In this document: positions 13,228-26,103 of the stretch, in pieces | Layout of the letters: each line of letters starts with the position of its first letter | Numbering within the stretch: the stretch's first letter is position 1 | Source: Pristiophorus japonicus | Taxonomy: Eukaryota | Reading direction: 5' to 3' | Length of the DNA stretch: 64,000 nt | NCBI RefSeq assembly: GCF_044704955.1 | Contig: NC_091997.1 | Location: forward strand, 45,384,001 to 45,448,000 | Program-made: the position numbers and the translations under genes | Notes under the pieces: model-generated | What the model saw: the letters and a program-made list of their open reading frames with translations, nothing else | The model's database searches: none | Told to the model about the DNA's origin: nothing

Positions 13228-13569
13228 TGGCGGTGATCAAGTGTGCCTTTCTGATGAATAGATCCAATAATTGAAAGTGTTGGGGAACCATGTTGTTTGT
13301 TTTGATTGGAAGAGCCTTTGGTGATATGATGGACAACTCTGCCAGAAAATATGGCAGAAATCTGCAGCTTCAGCCTTTGAGGAATTTTAAAATTTATCAG
13401 GTATTTTGGGCTGAATAATCCTAAAACACTTACATTTCCAAAATGTGTTGCATTTCTAGTACGAATTCTGGAAGACAATGTGGAAGTGAGCAGTTTTCAT
13501 TGCTAATTTGCTTTGAGAATTAATTGGGGATGCAGTGCGCACATTAATCAATCTTAAACACACATCAAG

Positions 13570-13800
13570 GCCTCCGCCCGCCCCAAGTGCCACCGATGGC
13601 CACCGAGGTGCCGGACGGCACTTGGTGGGATATTCTTCGCCGAGGTCCCTCTAAGAACAGCGGGCAGCAAATGGATGACATACGCTGCCAATCTGGGCAG
13701 AAGGTCACATTCTCGGCGGCAGAGGTGCTTGCCGCCCAAGTGCCGCCGAGGATGGAGTCGGGCCCACAGAGGGTCGAAGAGCTGAAGAAAAAAATCAACA

Positions 13801-13838
<38 letters not shown>

Positions 13839-14160
13839 GTATCCAAAGACCTTCAGGCGACCCCATGCGGGTAAGACGCTGTTCAGAAAGTTCACTTACC
13901 TTTTTTTTCCAGGTTCTTCCTACTTACCGTCGGGGACAGACCAACCTCCAGCCAGTGGTCGACCCCCATTCTGCCGCCGACTCCCACCCGCAGGAATCTG
14001 GGAGCTCAGTTGCGCCACTCGGCCGCCCGCTGATGTCAGTGGGCGGTTCTCAGCGGCCCTCCCCTCCCGCCCGCTCCAGGCCGCCTCGAAAGTGGCACTG
14101 GGCGGATCTTCAGGAGGAATGTCGGCGGCAGTGGGCGGTGAGGTGATGAATTTCGGTCCC
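13570..14160. mobile_element. MITE-family element, right TIR only
   Basis: Ends GATGAATTTCGGTCCC, 15/16 identical to the right TIR at 5684-5699; CpG-rich body. Confidence 0.6.
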
Positions 14161-15107
14161 ATAGATCTTTAATAAAACATCTATCATGTACAGCTGTCGA
14201 AAGCTACAGAAATATGTCTAGGGAGAGTAGGGAGGAGATGGTTAGGCAGCTGTGACCTCCTGAGTTTTTGCGTGACGTTCAAACCAGTATTTAAGGGCCA
14301 GCTGTGCTTAAAATAGATATAATTACATTTTTAATATACAAATGCATTGTACCTGTGCTAATTACCTTGCTTCAAGCCTATCCTGCAATGGAGGAAGGAT
14401 CCAGCTATTTGGTTCCTCCGTCAATAGTATTTCTTGTAACTTTTGCTAAAGCCCCTCATTAAATGCAGTGTGGTGCAATGATGGGCTGTGTGGCTCTATA
14501 GGAGTTGCTGGTTTCCCAGTGGCTTGTTTAGCTGCAGTCTGTCAGCATGCCTAAGCTGGGAGCAGTTCAGCATTGCATCTTTGGGCGATGAGTGACGTTC
14601 AATCGTACCTCACACACACCTTTCCCACATACAGAAGGGATCGGATTGCCACTTAGTACTTATTAAAGGTTTGTGTCTGACACTAATTTGGCAGGACTGG
14701 TCTGATTTTGTTTCTTGTTCACTCCGGTGGAAAATTCGCTAACAGGACAGCAGCAGTAGTGACTCTTGTCATGGCTGTTGAGTTGCTCAGCTTCTGCCGA
14801 TTGTCGAGATTTGCTGAACCTCTAACTGCAGTGGCTTAAAGGGCTGCGATACTGTGCACTGGATCGAATTAAACTGCTGCTGTACATCTCCCCGAGCAGC
14901 TGAGGCGGCTGTGACCTGCCGTTGCAGGCACTTTTAACATTTTCAATCCACTTTGTTGAGTTTTGTCACTTGGCAACAATTGTACTGTCAGAAAAGCGGC
15001 TGATCTCTGATGCCCTTATTGCTTATTGAATAAAGGCACCACCTAGTGTGGCGTTGATCCGTATAAACTAGTGCCAGATGGGAAACTGCTGACTAGCCAC
15101 AGGCGTG

Positions 15108-15440
15108 GCTCATCATAGGCAGTCCCTCGGAATCGAGGAAGACTGGCTTCCACTCTAAGAATGTGTCCTTAGGTGGTTGAATAGTCCAATACAAGAACCA
15201 CAGTCCCTGTCACAGGTGGGACAGCCGGTTGTTGAGGAGAAGGGTGGGTGGGACTGGTTTGCCGCACGTTTCCGCTGCCTGCGCTTGGTTTCTGCACCCT
15301 CCCGGATGCGCTTCCTCCACTTAGGGCAGTCTTTGGCCAGGGACTCCCAGGTGTCGGTGGGGATGTTGCACTTTATCAGGGAGGCTTTGAGGGTGTCCTT
15401 GTAACGTTTCCTCTGCCCACCTTTGGCTTGTTTGATGTGG
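15108..15440 (-). mobile_element. RTE 3' fragment
   Basis: catcataggcagtccctcggaatcgagg is the reverse complement of the RTE tail at about 13190-13227. Confidence 0.85.
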
Positions 15441-15862
15441 AGGAGGCATGGCTACTGTGACCCCGTTTTAACTGCACTAATTTTAGCATGAAACTCCTTG
15501 CGCTTTCTCTCCATACAGGTGAATGCAATTTATGTGCATACGTACTCAAAAATCTACCACCATTCAGTAACCAAGGAAGTAAAGCACTCACAATCATAGA
15601 ACACTCGTCCATTCTGTGTTCCGTATTGCCATTTTACCAACAAACGCACACAAAAAAGGTTAAAGCTCACCTGTATATGCCCTGCAAATGAGTATTGAGC
15701 TCACATTATCAAAGACGGTGTCTCTTACTTTTTTTTAAAATTTGCTAATCAGAAATGCAGTTAGCCACATCTCGATTCCAATCAGCCACAAATGGCAAAT
15801 TTATTGGATGCCACTGATCTAGACCAGGAAGGTTTTCCCATACGTGCTGAGTAAGTTGATCT

Positions 15863-17445
15863 AATGTCAGTGGTGGGAAAATTATTGGAAAAAATCCTGA
15901 AAGACAGGATAAATCTACATTTGGAAAAGCAAGGATTAATTAGGGACAGTCAGCACGATTTGTTCAGGGAAGATTGTGTTTGACTGACCTGATTTAATTT
16001 TTTGAGGAGGTAACTAAGCGGGTCGATGAGGTAGTGCATACGATGTAGGGTATATGGATTTTAGCAAAGCTTTTGATAAGATCCCACATGGTAGACTGGT
16101 CACAAAGGTTAAAGCCCATGGGATCCAGGGCAAAGTGGCAAGTTGGATCCAAAATTGGCTTGGAGGTAGAAAACAAAGGGTAATGGTTGATGGATGTTTT
16201 TGTGACTGGAAGGGTGTTTCCAGTGGGGTTCCACAGGGCTTGGTACTGGGTCCCTTGCTTTTTGTGGTATATATCAACGATTTAGATTTGAATATAGGGA
16301 GTATCATTAAGAAGTTTGCTGTGTGGTTGGTTAATGAAGAGGAAAGTCATGGGCTGCAGGAGGTGGGCAGAGAAGTGGCAAATGGAATTGAATTCAGAGA
16401 AGTGTGAGGTGATGCACTTTGGGAGGGCTAATAAGGAAAGGGTATACACATTAAGCAGTAGGCCACTTATGAACAAAGGGACCTTGGAGTGCTTGTCCAC
16501 AGATTCCTGAAAGTAGCAGGCCAGGTGGATAAGATGGTTAAGAAGGCATATGGAATGCGTGCCTTTATTGACCGAGGCATAGAATACAAGAGCAGGGAGG
16601 TTATGCTTAAATTGTATAATACTCTGGTTAGGCCACAGCTGGAGTACTGTGTGCAGTTCTGGTCGCCGTATTATAGGAAGGAAGTGATTGCACTAGAGAG
16701 GGTGCAGAGGAGATTTACTAGGATGCTGCCTGGAACGGAGAATCTCAGTTATGAGGACAGATTGGATAGGCTGGGTTTGTTATCATTGGAACAGAGGAGG
16801 TTGAAAGGAGACCTCATTGAGGTGTATAAAATATTGAGGGGCCTAAACATAGTGGATAGTAAGGGCCTATTTCCATTGGTGGAGCGGTCTATTGAGGGGC
16901 ATAATTTTAAGGTGGCCGGTTAAGAGGGGATTTGAGGGGGGCTTCTTTACGCAAAGGATTGTGGGGATCTGGAACTCGCTGCCTGGAAGAGTGGTGGATG
17001 CTGAAACCCTCACCATTTAAGAGATGGGCACTTGAAGTGCAGTAACCTGCAAGGTTACGGACCTAGAGCTGGTAATTGGGATTAGACTGGATGTCCTTTT
17101 GTTGGACGACAGATATAATGGTAAGTACGTACAGGGTGATCTTGTGGGCTAGTTTTGATCGCCTGGACGGGTCGGAGAGGAATTTTCCCAGATTTTTTTC
17201 TCCCTAAATTGGCCTCGGTTTTTATCTGGTTTTTGCCTCTCCCAGGAGATCACATGGCTCCGGTTGGGGTGAAGTGTAGAATGGTTTAGTATAAGGGGTG
17301 TCGCAGTTGTGTGAGGCAGACTGGTTGGACGGGGTGCTCTTTGACTTTCCGCCATTGTTCGTTGTTCATCGGTTTATATGTAACCTTCAGGGCTGCTGAC
17401 CGAGGGCTGTGTGGCTCTGTCGGCCGGCGCAGACACGATGGACCA
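15863..17445 (+). mobile_element. CR1 LINE, subfamily with extended 3' UTR
   Basis: MDFSKAFDKIPHGRL, GVPQGLVLGP and [13 protein letters not shown]; long 3' non-coding part also seen at about 60100-60255. Confidence 0.9.
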
Positions 17446-18865
17446 ACATAGAAATTAGGTGCAGGAGTAGGCCATTCGGCCCTTCGAGCCTGCATCGCCA
17501 TTCAATAAGATCATGGCTGATCATTCACCTCAGTACCCCTTTCCTGCTTTCTCTCCATACCCCTTGATCCCTTTGGCCGAAAGGGCCATATCTAACTCCC
17601 TTTTGAATATATCTACCGAACTGACCTCAACAACTTTCTGCGGTAGAGAATTCCACAGGTTAACCACTGAGTGAAGAAGTTTCTCCTCATCTCAGTCCTA
17701 AATGGCTTACTCCTTATTCTTAGACTGTGACCCCTGGCTCTGGAACTCCCCAGCAACTGAAACATTCTTCCTGCCTCTAACCTGTTCAATCCCGTCAGAA
17801 TTTTATGTTTTTATGAGATCCCCTCTCATTCTTCTAAACTCCAGTGGATACAAGCCCAGTTGATCCAATCTCTCCTCATATGTCAGTCCTGCCATCCCGG
17901 GAATCAGGTCTGGCGAACCTTCGCTGTACCACCTCAATAGCAAGAACATCCTTCCTCAGGTTAGGAGACCCAAACTGAACACAATATTCCAGGCCTCACC
18001 AAGGCTCTACAACTGCAGTAAGACCTCCCTGCTCCTATACTCAAATCCTCCTAGCTATGAAGGCTAACATGTCACTTGCCGCCTTCACTGCCTGCTGTAC
18101 CTGCATGCCAACCTTCAATGACTCATGTACCATGACACCCAGGTCTCGTTGCACCTCCCCTTTTCCTAATCTGTCAACATTCAGATAATCTGTCTTCCTG
18201 TTTTTGCCACCAAAGTGGATAACCTCACACTTATCCACATTGTACTGCATCTGCCATGCATTTGCTCACTCGCCTAACCTGTCCAAGTCCTCCTGCAGCC
18301 TCTTAGCATTCTCCTCACATCTCACACCGCCACCCAGATTAGTGTCATCTGAAAACTTGGAGATATTACATTCAATTCCTTCATCTAAATCATTGCTGTA
18401 TATTGTAAATAGCTGGGCTCCCAGCACTGAACCTTGCGGCACCCCACTGGTCACTGCCTGCCATTCTGAAAAGGACCCTTTTATTCTGACTCTCTGCTTC
18501 CTGTCTGCCAACCAGTTTTCTATCCACGTCAATACATTACCCCCAATACCATTTGCTTTAATTTTGTATACTAATCTCTTGTCAAAAACCTTTTGAAAGT
18601 CCAAATACACTGGTTCTCCCTTGTCCACTCTACTAGTTACATCATAAAAAAAATTCCATAAGATTTGTCGAGCATGATTTCCCTTTCATAAATCCATGCT
18701 GACTTGGACCGATCCTGTCACTGCTTTTCAAATGCGCTTCTATTTCATCTTTAATAATTGATTCCAACATTTTCCTCACTACCGATGTCAGGCTAACCAG
18801 TCTATAATTCCCTGTTTTTATCCCTCCTTTTTTAGCTACCCTCCAGCCCATAGGAACTGATGGAA
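17446..18865 (-). mobile_element. CR1 LINE fragment, tail-to-tail with the preceding copy
   Basis: GVPQGSVLG, FSDDT and QHGFMKGKSC motifs; closely similar to 1918-3655. Confidence 0.9.
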
Positions 18866-19679
18866 CTTTCAGAAAGGCATTGCATTGGAGAGAATAAATT
18901 GACGAGGGCGCTTGCTCTTGATTGATGTCCAGACACCTGCTGGAATGTGTACATGTGTGTGGATATTGTGTGAAGACTGGGATGGGCATGGCTGCAGTGG
19001 TCCAATCACCATTAACTAGCATGACCGTACGCAATCTTGCCCTATACACGAAGAACACAGGAGGCAGCCTGTGCTCTGAAAACTTGGCACACAAATCCAC
19101 AGCTTCACAAGAGGAGGAGGATGGTGGGTGTTAAGTGTGGAGACTGTATAGCGTTTGGATAGCTACTTGGAGATCTACAGACTTCATTCCCTTGATTGGG
19201 TCACATCTCTGTCTCTCTGTGCATCAATCCTCTTTTGAATTTCAGTCTTTTTGAGCTGGTTGTGACGGTAGAGTGTTGGTGTTGTTTCTGCTTGTCCACC
19301 CACTGCCCCTGCTCGGGCAGAAGACTCAAGCTGATGTGCCTGGACTGTTTGTATTTGTATTTAAAGAGTGGTGTAGAAATTAGTCTCTCCACATGCTGCA
19401 GGCTGAATTTAGAGACCACGAATTAATACATTATATTGTTGCCTCCGGCTACTCAAAAGCATTTTCCTGCAGCTTCTACCCAAGTTCTGCAGCCTGAGTG
19501 ACTGCTGACTGTGACTTGAAGTGCATACTCCTTAGCTTTGTCCTTTAAACTTTCTTTTAGTTAGTGTTTGGCATTTTATTTTAGACACCTTTGGAAGAGG
19601 ATGCCACTGAACTATAGTGTATCCTAGCCAATGGGTGTTTTGTTTCTTGCTGGCCTATGCCATAGTCCTGTCCTTCTTT

Positions 19680-21745
19680 GAATAATGTCCAATGGCAACT
19701 ATGTCCATCTGGGCAACTTCTGAAGGACATAGCTGCCAGACTGGGTCTGCCGCAGGTGATGAGCGAAACAACACAAGGGAAAAACCTACTTGATCCTACG
19801 TCCTCACTAATCTACCTGTCGCAGATGCATCTGTCCATGATTGCATTGGTAGCGGTGACAACTCATCTTCACACTGAGCACGCCCTCCATCGTGTTGCGT
19901 GGCACTACCACCGTGCTAAATAAGAGAGATTTAGAACAGATCCAACAGCTTAAAACTGGGCATCCATGAGGCGCTGTGGGACATCAGCAGCAGCAGAATT
20001 GTATCCAACCACAATCTGTAACCTCATGGCCCGGCATATCCCTCACTCTACCACTACATCAAGCTCGGGGACCAACCCCAGTTCAGTCAGGAGTGTGGAA
20101 GAGCATGCCAGGAGCAGCACCAGGTGTACTTAAAAATGAGGTGCCAACCTGGCGAAGCTGCAACACAGGACTACATGCATTCTAAACAGCAGAAGCAGCC
20201 CATGCTATAGACAGAGTTAAGTGATCCCACAATCAGCGGATTAGATCAAAGTGCTGCAGTCCTGCCACATCTAGCCATGAATGGTGGTGAACAATTGAAC
20301 AACTAACAGGAGGAGGAGGCTCCATGGATATCCCCATCCTCAATGATTGTGGAGCCAAGCACATGAGTGTAAAAGACCAGGTTGAAGCGTTTTCAACCAC
20401 TTCAGCCAGTTTAGTGCCGAGTGGATGATCCACATCAACCTCCTCCTGAGGACCCCATCATCACAGAAGCCAGTCTTCAGCTAATTTGATTAAATCCACG
20501 CGATATTGAGAAGGCTGAGCACACTGGATATAGCAAAGGCAATGGGCCCCGACAAAGTTCTGGCTGTTGTGCTGACGATTTGTGCTCCAGAACTACCTGC
20601 GCCTTTAACCAAGCTGTTCCAGTACAACTACAATACTACAATGTGGAAAACTGCCCAGGTATGTCTTGTCCACAAAAAGCAAGACTAATCCAAGCCGGCC
20701 AATTACCCCCCCGAATCAGTCTGCTCCCAATCATTAGCAAAGTGATGGAAGGTGTTGTCGACAGTGTTATCAAGCAGCATTTACTCACCAATGACCTGCT
20801 CACCGATGCTCAGTTTGGAGTCCTCCAAGATCACTCGACTCCAGACCTCATTACAGCCTTGGTCCAAACATGGACAAAAGAGCTGAATTCCAGAGGTGAA
20901 GTTAGTGACTGACCTTGACATTAAGGCAGCATTTTACAGAGTGTAGCATTAAGTAAATTGAAGTCAGAGAGAATCAGGGGGGGGGAAATTCTCCACTGGC
21001 TGGAGTCATACCTAGCACAAAGAAAGATGGTTGTGGTTGTTGGTCAATCATCACAGCCCCAGGACATTGCTGCAGGAGTTCCTCCAGGGCAGTGTCCTAG
21101 GCCCAACCATCTTCAGCTGCTTCATCAATGACCTTCCTTCCATCATGTCACAAGTGGGGATGTTCGCTGATGATTGCACAATGCCATTCGCAACTCCTCA
21201 GATAATGAAGCGGTCAGTGCTCGCATGCAGCAAGACGTCGGCAACATTCAGGCTTGGATTGATAAGTGGTAAGTAACTTCTGCGCCACACAAGTGCCAGG
21301 CAATAACTATCTTCAACAAGCAAGAGTCTAACCAGTGCCCCTGACATTCAGTGTCATTACCATCACCGTATCCCCCACCATGAACATCCTAGCGGTTGCC
21401 ATTGACCAGAGACTTAACAGTCACACACATACTGTGGCAACAAGACTAGGTCAGAGACTGGGTATTCTGCAGCGAGTGACTCATCTTCTGACTCCCCAAA
21501 GCCTATCCGCCATCTACAAGGCACAAGTCAGGAGTGTGATGGAATACAGCACTCGAAGCTCAACACCATCCAGGACAAAGGAGCCTGCTTGATTGGCACC
21601 CCATCCACCACCTTCAACATTCACTCCCTCCACCACCGGCACACCGTGGCTGCAGTGTGTACCATCTACAAGAAGGCGGCTCACCACCACCATCTCCAGG
21701 GCAACTCTGGATGGGCAATAAATACTGACCCACTTCCTGCAACGA
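19680..21745 (+). mobile_element. Non-LTR retrotransposon of the CR1/L2 group, distinct from the dominant CR1 family; degenerate
   Basis: KAMGPD, ISLLPIISKVME, AQFG, QGSVLGPTIFSCFINDL, MFADD and YKAQVRSVMEY motifs spread across frames. Confidence 0.85.
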
Positions 21746-22003
21746 ATAAAATAAAAGTGTGCCACAGTGTCTGCTAAATCTCTTAACATTGCATTTTTTG
21801 AATGTTCTGACTTTGGATGGTTGAGAAAGAGTGGAGGAAGTAAGGATGATGCTTAAATCGTATAATGTTACCATTCCTTTCCCCTTCCATGGTCCTATTC
21901 ACTCCTAGTCCCTTCCATTGGTCCTTTTGTCTCCTAATAACAGATTCACATTTGTATTCTCGACCTGTCATCGGTGCTCTCTTACTGCTTCATCTTACTC
22001 TCT

Positions 22004-22764
22004 GGGGTAGAAATTGCCCCCCCCCCTCCCCGCCTGAAACGGGGCGCAGACATCCCGTTTCGATGTTTTTTACCGCACCCGTGGTTTAGGTCGACTCTCG
22101 GGAAATTCCGCTCTTCGGATTAAAACCAAAAAATACAGAGGTTGGTTATAATGGGGGTGGTGACTACACCTGAGGGGCAAAAACGTGGCGGTGACATCAA
22201 CTGAGGGGTGGAAGTTGGGGTGTGGTGCGGAGCCACCGCTGCGATGACATCATCACGCGCCGCGTCACCACTACTCTCCCCTTCACTTAAAGGGGCGTGC
22301 CTCCGCGCTTTTTAAACTTCGGGCCATCAGGGAGGGTTTCGGCCGGACCAGCGACTTGGCACCAAGAGGGAGTGCCAGGCTGCCTTTTGGTGGCCCGGCA
22401 GAACCCGGGTGCATAATTGTCAAGCCGACCTGGCAGCCAGCCGACACAAAAATTGGTGGCTGTGGCAGTGTGCCCTCCCCTTTAAGGGAAGCCATACTGC
22501 CACTGTGCAAGGCCACAGCCTCACTGGACCACTGGCACTGTGGGCGGGCCGAAGATTTTCCAAGGGGAATGTCTCCATTAAGGGGTTAGATCGGCTGTAC
22601 GCGTGGTGATGATGCACTTAGCTTCACATTGATCGGCGGGGGGAATAGGGGCATTGCCGGGAAAACTCGAGGGCAATTGGGCTAGCAGCGGCCATTTCAC
22701 TCCGCAGCATGGCCGCTGATTTGCGGTGGTAACAGGCTTTAAGGAAAGGGGCAGTTTCAGTCCC
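22004..22764. mobile_element. MITE (PIF/Harbinger-like) with 3-bp TSD
   Basis: TCT|GGGGTAGAAATTGCCCC ... GGGGCAGTTTCAGTCCC|TCT (13/17 inverted match, TSD TCT). Confidence 0.8.
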
Positions 22765-23454
22765 TCTATCTCTTTGGCGTCATCTTGCTCTCAACCTCTT
22801 TCTTCATCCAGGGAGCTCTGACTTTAGTTGACCTTTTCCCTCTAGTGGGAATGTACCTCAACTGTACCCAAACCATCTTTTTTAAAGGCAGCCCATTGTT
22901 CGGTTATGGTTTTGCCTGCCAGTCTTTGGATCTGGCCCGGGTAAATTGGAATCATTCCCGACCCACTGAAATTGGCTTTCTTTCAATTTAGTATTTTTAT
23001 TCGAGATTGCTCCCTGTCTTTTTTCTGTAGCTAATCTAAACCTGATGATACTATGATCACTGTTCCCCTACTGACCGTTGTTCTACTTGCCTCACCTCAT
23101 TCCCCAGAACCAAATCCAGCAATGCCTCCTTCCTCGTTGGGCTGGAAACATACTGATCAAGAACATTTTCATGATCATACTTCAGAAATTCCCCTCTCTG
23201 CCCTTTACGCTATTACTATCCCAGTCTATATTTTGTTGAAGTCCCCCCATCATCACTACTCCTAAAGTTCTTGCCTCTCTAATTTCCCTTTAAATTTGCC
23301 CCTCTATATCCTTCCCACGAGTTGGCAGCCTATAGAATACACCTCGTAGTCTAATGGCACCTCTTGTTTCTTAACTTTAACCAAATAAATTCTGTTCTTG
23401 ACCCCTCCAGGACATCCTCTCTCCAGCACGAACATTCTCCTTAACCAATATAAA

Positions 23455-24082
23455 ACATAACAACATAACTTAAGAATTAGGAGTCGGCCTTTGGGTCTCT
23501 TGAGCCTGCTCTGCCATTCAATAAGATCATGGCTGATCTTCTACCTCAACTCTACTTTCCTGCACTTTCCTCATATCTCTTGATTCTGTTAATATTCAAA
23601 AATCTATTGATCTCGAAGACTCAAAGTCTGAACCTCCACAGGCCTCTGAGGTAGAGAATTCCAAAGATTCACAAACCTCTGTGATGAAGTTTCTCCTCAT
23701 CTCAGTCCTAAATGGATGAACCCTTATTCTGAGACTGTGATCCCTGGTTCTAGACTCCTCAGCTAGAGGAAACATCCTCCTGTATCTACCCTATCAAGCC
23801 CTGTAATACTTATGTATGTTTCAATGAGATCACCTCTTATTCTTGTAAACTGTAGAGAATATAGGCCTAGTCTACTCAATCTCTCCCCATAGGACAATTC
23901 TCCCCTCCCCATCCCAGGAATCAGTCTGGTGAACCTTCGTTGTACTCCCTCTATGGCAAGTATATCCTTCCTTGGGTAAGGAGACCAAAACTGTACACAA
24001 TACTCCAGGTCTGGTCTCACCAGGGTCATGTATAATTGCAATAACAAATGCTTACTCTTGTACTCAAATCCTCTTGAAATAA
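23455..24082 (-). mobile_element. CR1 3' fragment running into the assembly gap
   Basis: [13 protein letters not shown] and RGDLIETY motifs. Confidence 0.85.
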
Positions 24083-24270
24083 NNNNNNNNNNNNNNNNNN
24101 NNNNNNNNNNNNNNNNNNNNNNNNNNNNNNNNNNNNNNNNNNNNNNNNNNNNNNNNNNNNNNNNNNNNNNNNNNNNNNNNNNNNNNNNNNNNNNNNNNNN
24201 NNNNNNNNNNNNNNNNNNNNNNNNNNNNNNNNNNNNNNNNNNNNNNNNNNNNNNNNNNNNNNNNNNNNNN
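24083..24270. other. Assembly gap (188 N)
   Basis: Uninterrupted run of N. Confidence 1.
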
Positions 24271-25360
24271 TTAATACCCAATCCTGCCCTTGTATTGAGC
24301 CAGGTCTGCATTATCGCCACAACATCATATTCCCATGTGGCTATTTGCGCCTCCAGCTCACCAGCCTTGTTTATCACGCTTTGTGCGTTTACCTCTCTTA
24401 GACCTCCTTGTATTCTCCCTTAGTCTGACCCCCATCTAATACCTTACTATTTCTTCCTCTAATGCTATATGTCTCTCCCAACTCTTTGTGCACTTTATTT
24501 CTGCCTTCTAATGGTACAGCCTGGTGCCCACCCCTCCTGGCGAATTAGTTTAAACCCTCTCCAACAGCACCAGCAACCCCTTCCACACCCAGCGATGATA
24601 TTGGTACTGGCTCTGTTGAGGCAAAACCAGTCCTGCCTGTACAGGTCCCACCTCCCCCTAAATGTCCCAGGAATCTAAAGCCCTCCCTCCTTAACCATCT
24701 CTCCAGCCGCGCATTCATCTGCTCTATCCTCCTTTTTCTACACTCATTTTCTCGTGGTGGGGGGGGGGGGTAATCCGAAGATTACAATCTGTTTTTTAAT
24801 CTCTTTCCTAGCCCCTGAAAATCTGCCTGAAGGACCTCGTCCTACTTTCTACCTATGTTGATACCAATATGGACCATGACCTTTGGCTGTTCATCCTCCC
24901 CCCTCAATGTTCTGCAGCCGCTCCGTGATATCCTTGACTCAAGCACCAGGGAGGCAACATACCATTCTTGAGTCGAGTCTGTGGCCGTAGAAATTCCTAT
25001 CTGTTCCCCCTAACTATTGAATCCCCGACCACTATTGCTTTCCCAATCTTCCTCCTCTTTCTCCCTCTTCTCTCCCCCCCCCAGTCTGGTGTGCACCTGA
25101 GCCATCAATGGTAGCTATGCCTCTGGCTGTTCTCCCCAGAGGAACCATTGTCCTTGCTTGTAAATACTGGTTGGAGAGCGACATGCACTCGGACTCCTGC
25201 ACTACCGGCCTGGTCCTTCTTGTCTGGCAGTCACCCATTCCCTTTCTGCCTGATAACTCTTGTGCTGCAGGGTGACCACCTCCTGAAACATGCTGTCCAC
25301 ATGGCTCTCAGCCCCACAGAGGCACTGCAGACACGCCAGCTCCGAAACCGGGAGCTTGAG

Positions 25361-26103
25361 TTCGGCACGGCCCCATTTGGGGGCGGTAGCGGCGAGGCGA
25401 GACTTCATATGCCAGGTGTGGAAGGCCTGCCTCGGCAGCTAAATCGGGCTTACCACCCCCCCCCCCCCACCTCCCCCAACGCCCCGCCGAGAGGAAGTAG
25501 CCTGCAATGTCGCGCGCTCCACTTTCTCTCCGGCGGCGGGATGGGACTGGGGCGTTAACTATGGGAATTTTCCAGCGCTATGTGGGACGCCGCCTAGGGC
25601 TGGTGGGAGCACAGGGCCCTCCCCTTCCGTTAAAGGGGAGGGCACGCTGCCGATTCTGCATTAGGGAGAAGTGGCTACCACTTCGCCACTGGGGAGCGGG
25701 GTGCTGTGACAGCAGCCCGGCACGGATGCGGAGTGCCGGGCTGCAACATCACGGCACGGACTCTGCGATTTCAGGAGGGCTAGGCCGCAATTGGTAAACC
25801 GTGCATTTAAAAAATGGCGTTGCCGCACCTACCCTTCAATTTTTGCCCCATGAATGGACAGAAGCCCGGTTCACGACCCGCGAGGCTGGTGTGGGCATCA
25901 CCAGTGGCAGCCTCGTGGGGCTACCGAATTTCAGCTACGGGGAGAAAACTGGTCGCTGTGCACGGTGATGGGGCGCTACTGGGTAGTGCCTCCACTGTTG
26001 CGGAATTTTGTGGGAGTCGGTAGTGGCCCTGTGCCCCTGGCAAGAAGTAGTGTGCGCCCCATGGGCGCTAACTGGAGGCACAATTGACGAAAATTTCTCC
26101 CCC
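25361..26103. mobile_element. MITE-family element with right TIR followed by TAA
   Basis: Ends aaaatttctccccc|TAA; shares ttaaagggga-type internal motifs with 22004-22764 and 28723-29025; left TIR not recognisable. Confidence 0.55.

Noticed and set aside
23763-24423. ORFs spanning the N run
   Set aside because: Artefacts of the assembly gap joining two different CR1 pieces.
25361-26103. CpG island marking a host promoter
   Set aside because: The CpG-rich patches coincide with MITE-family copies rather than a first exon.
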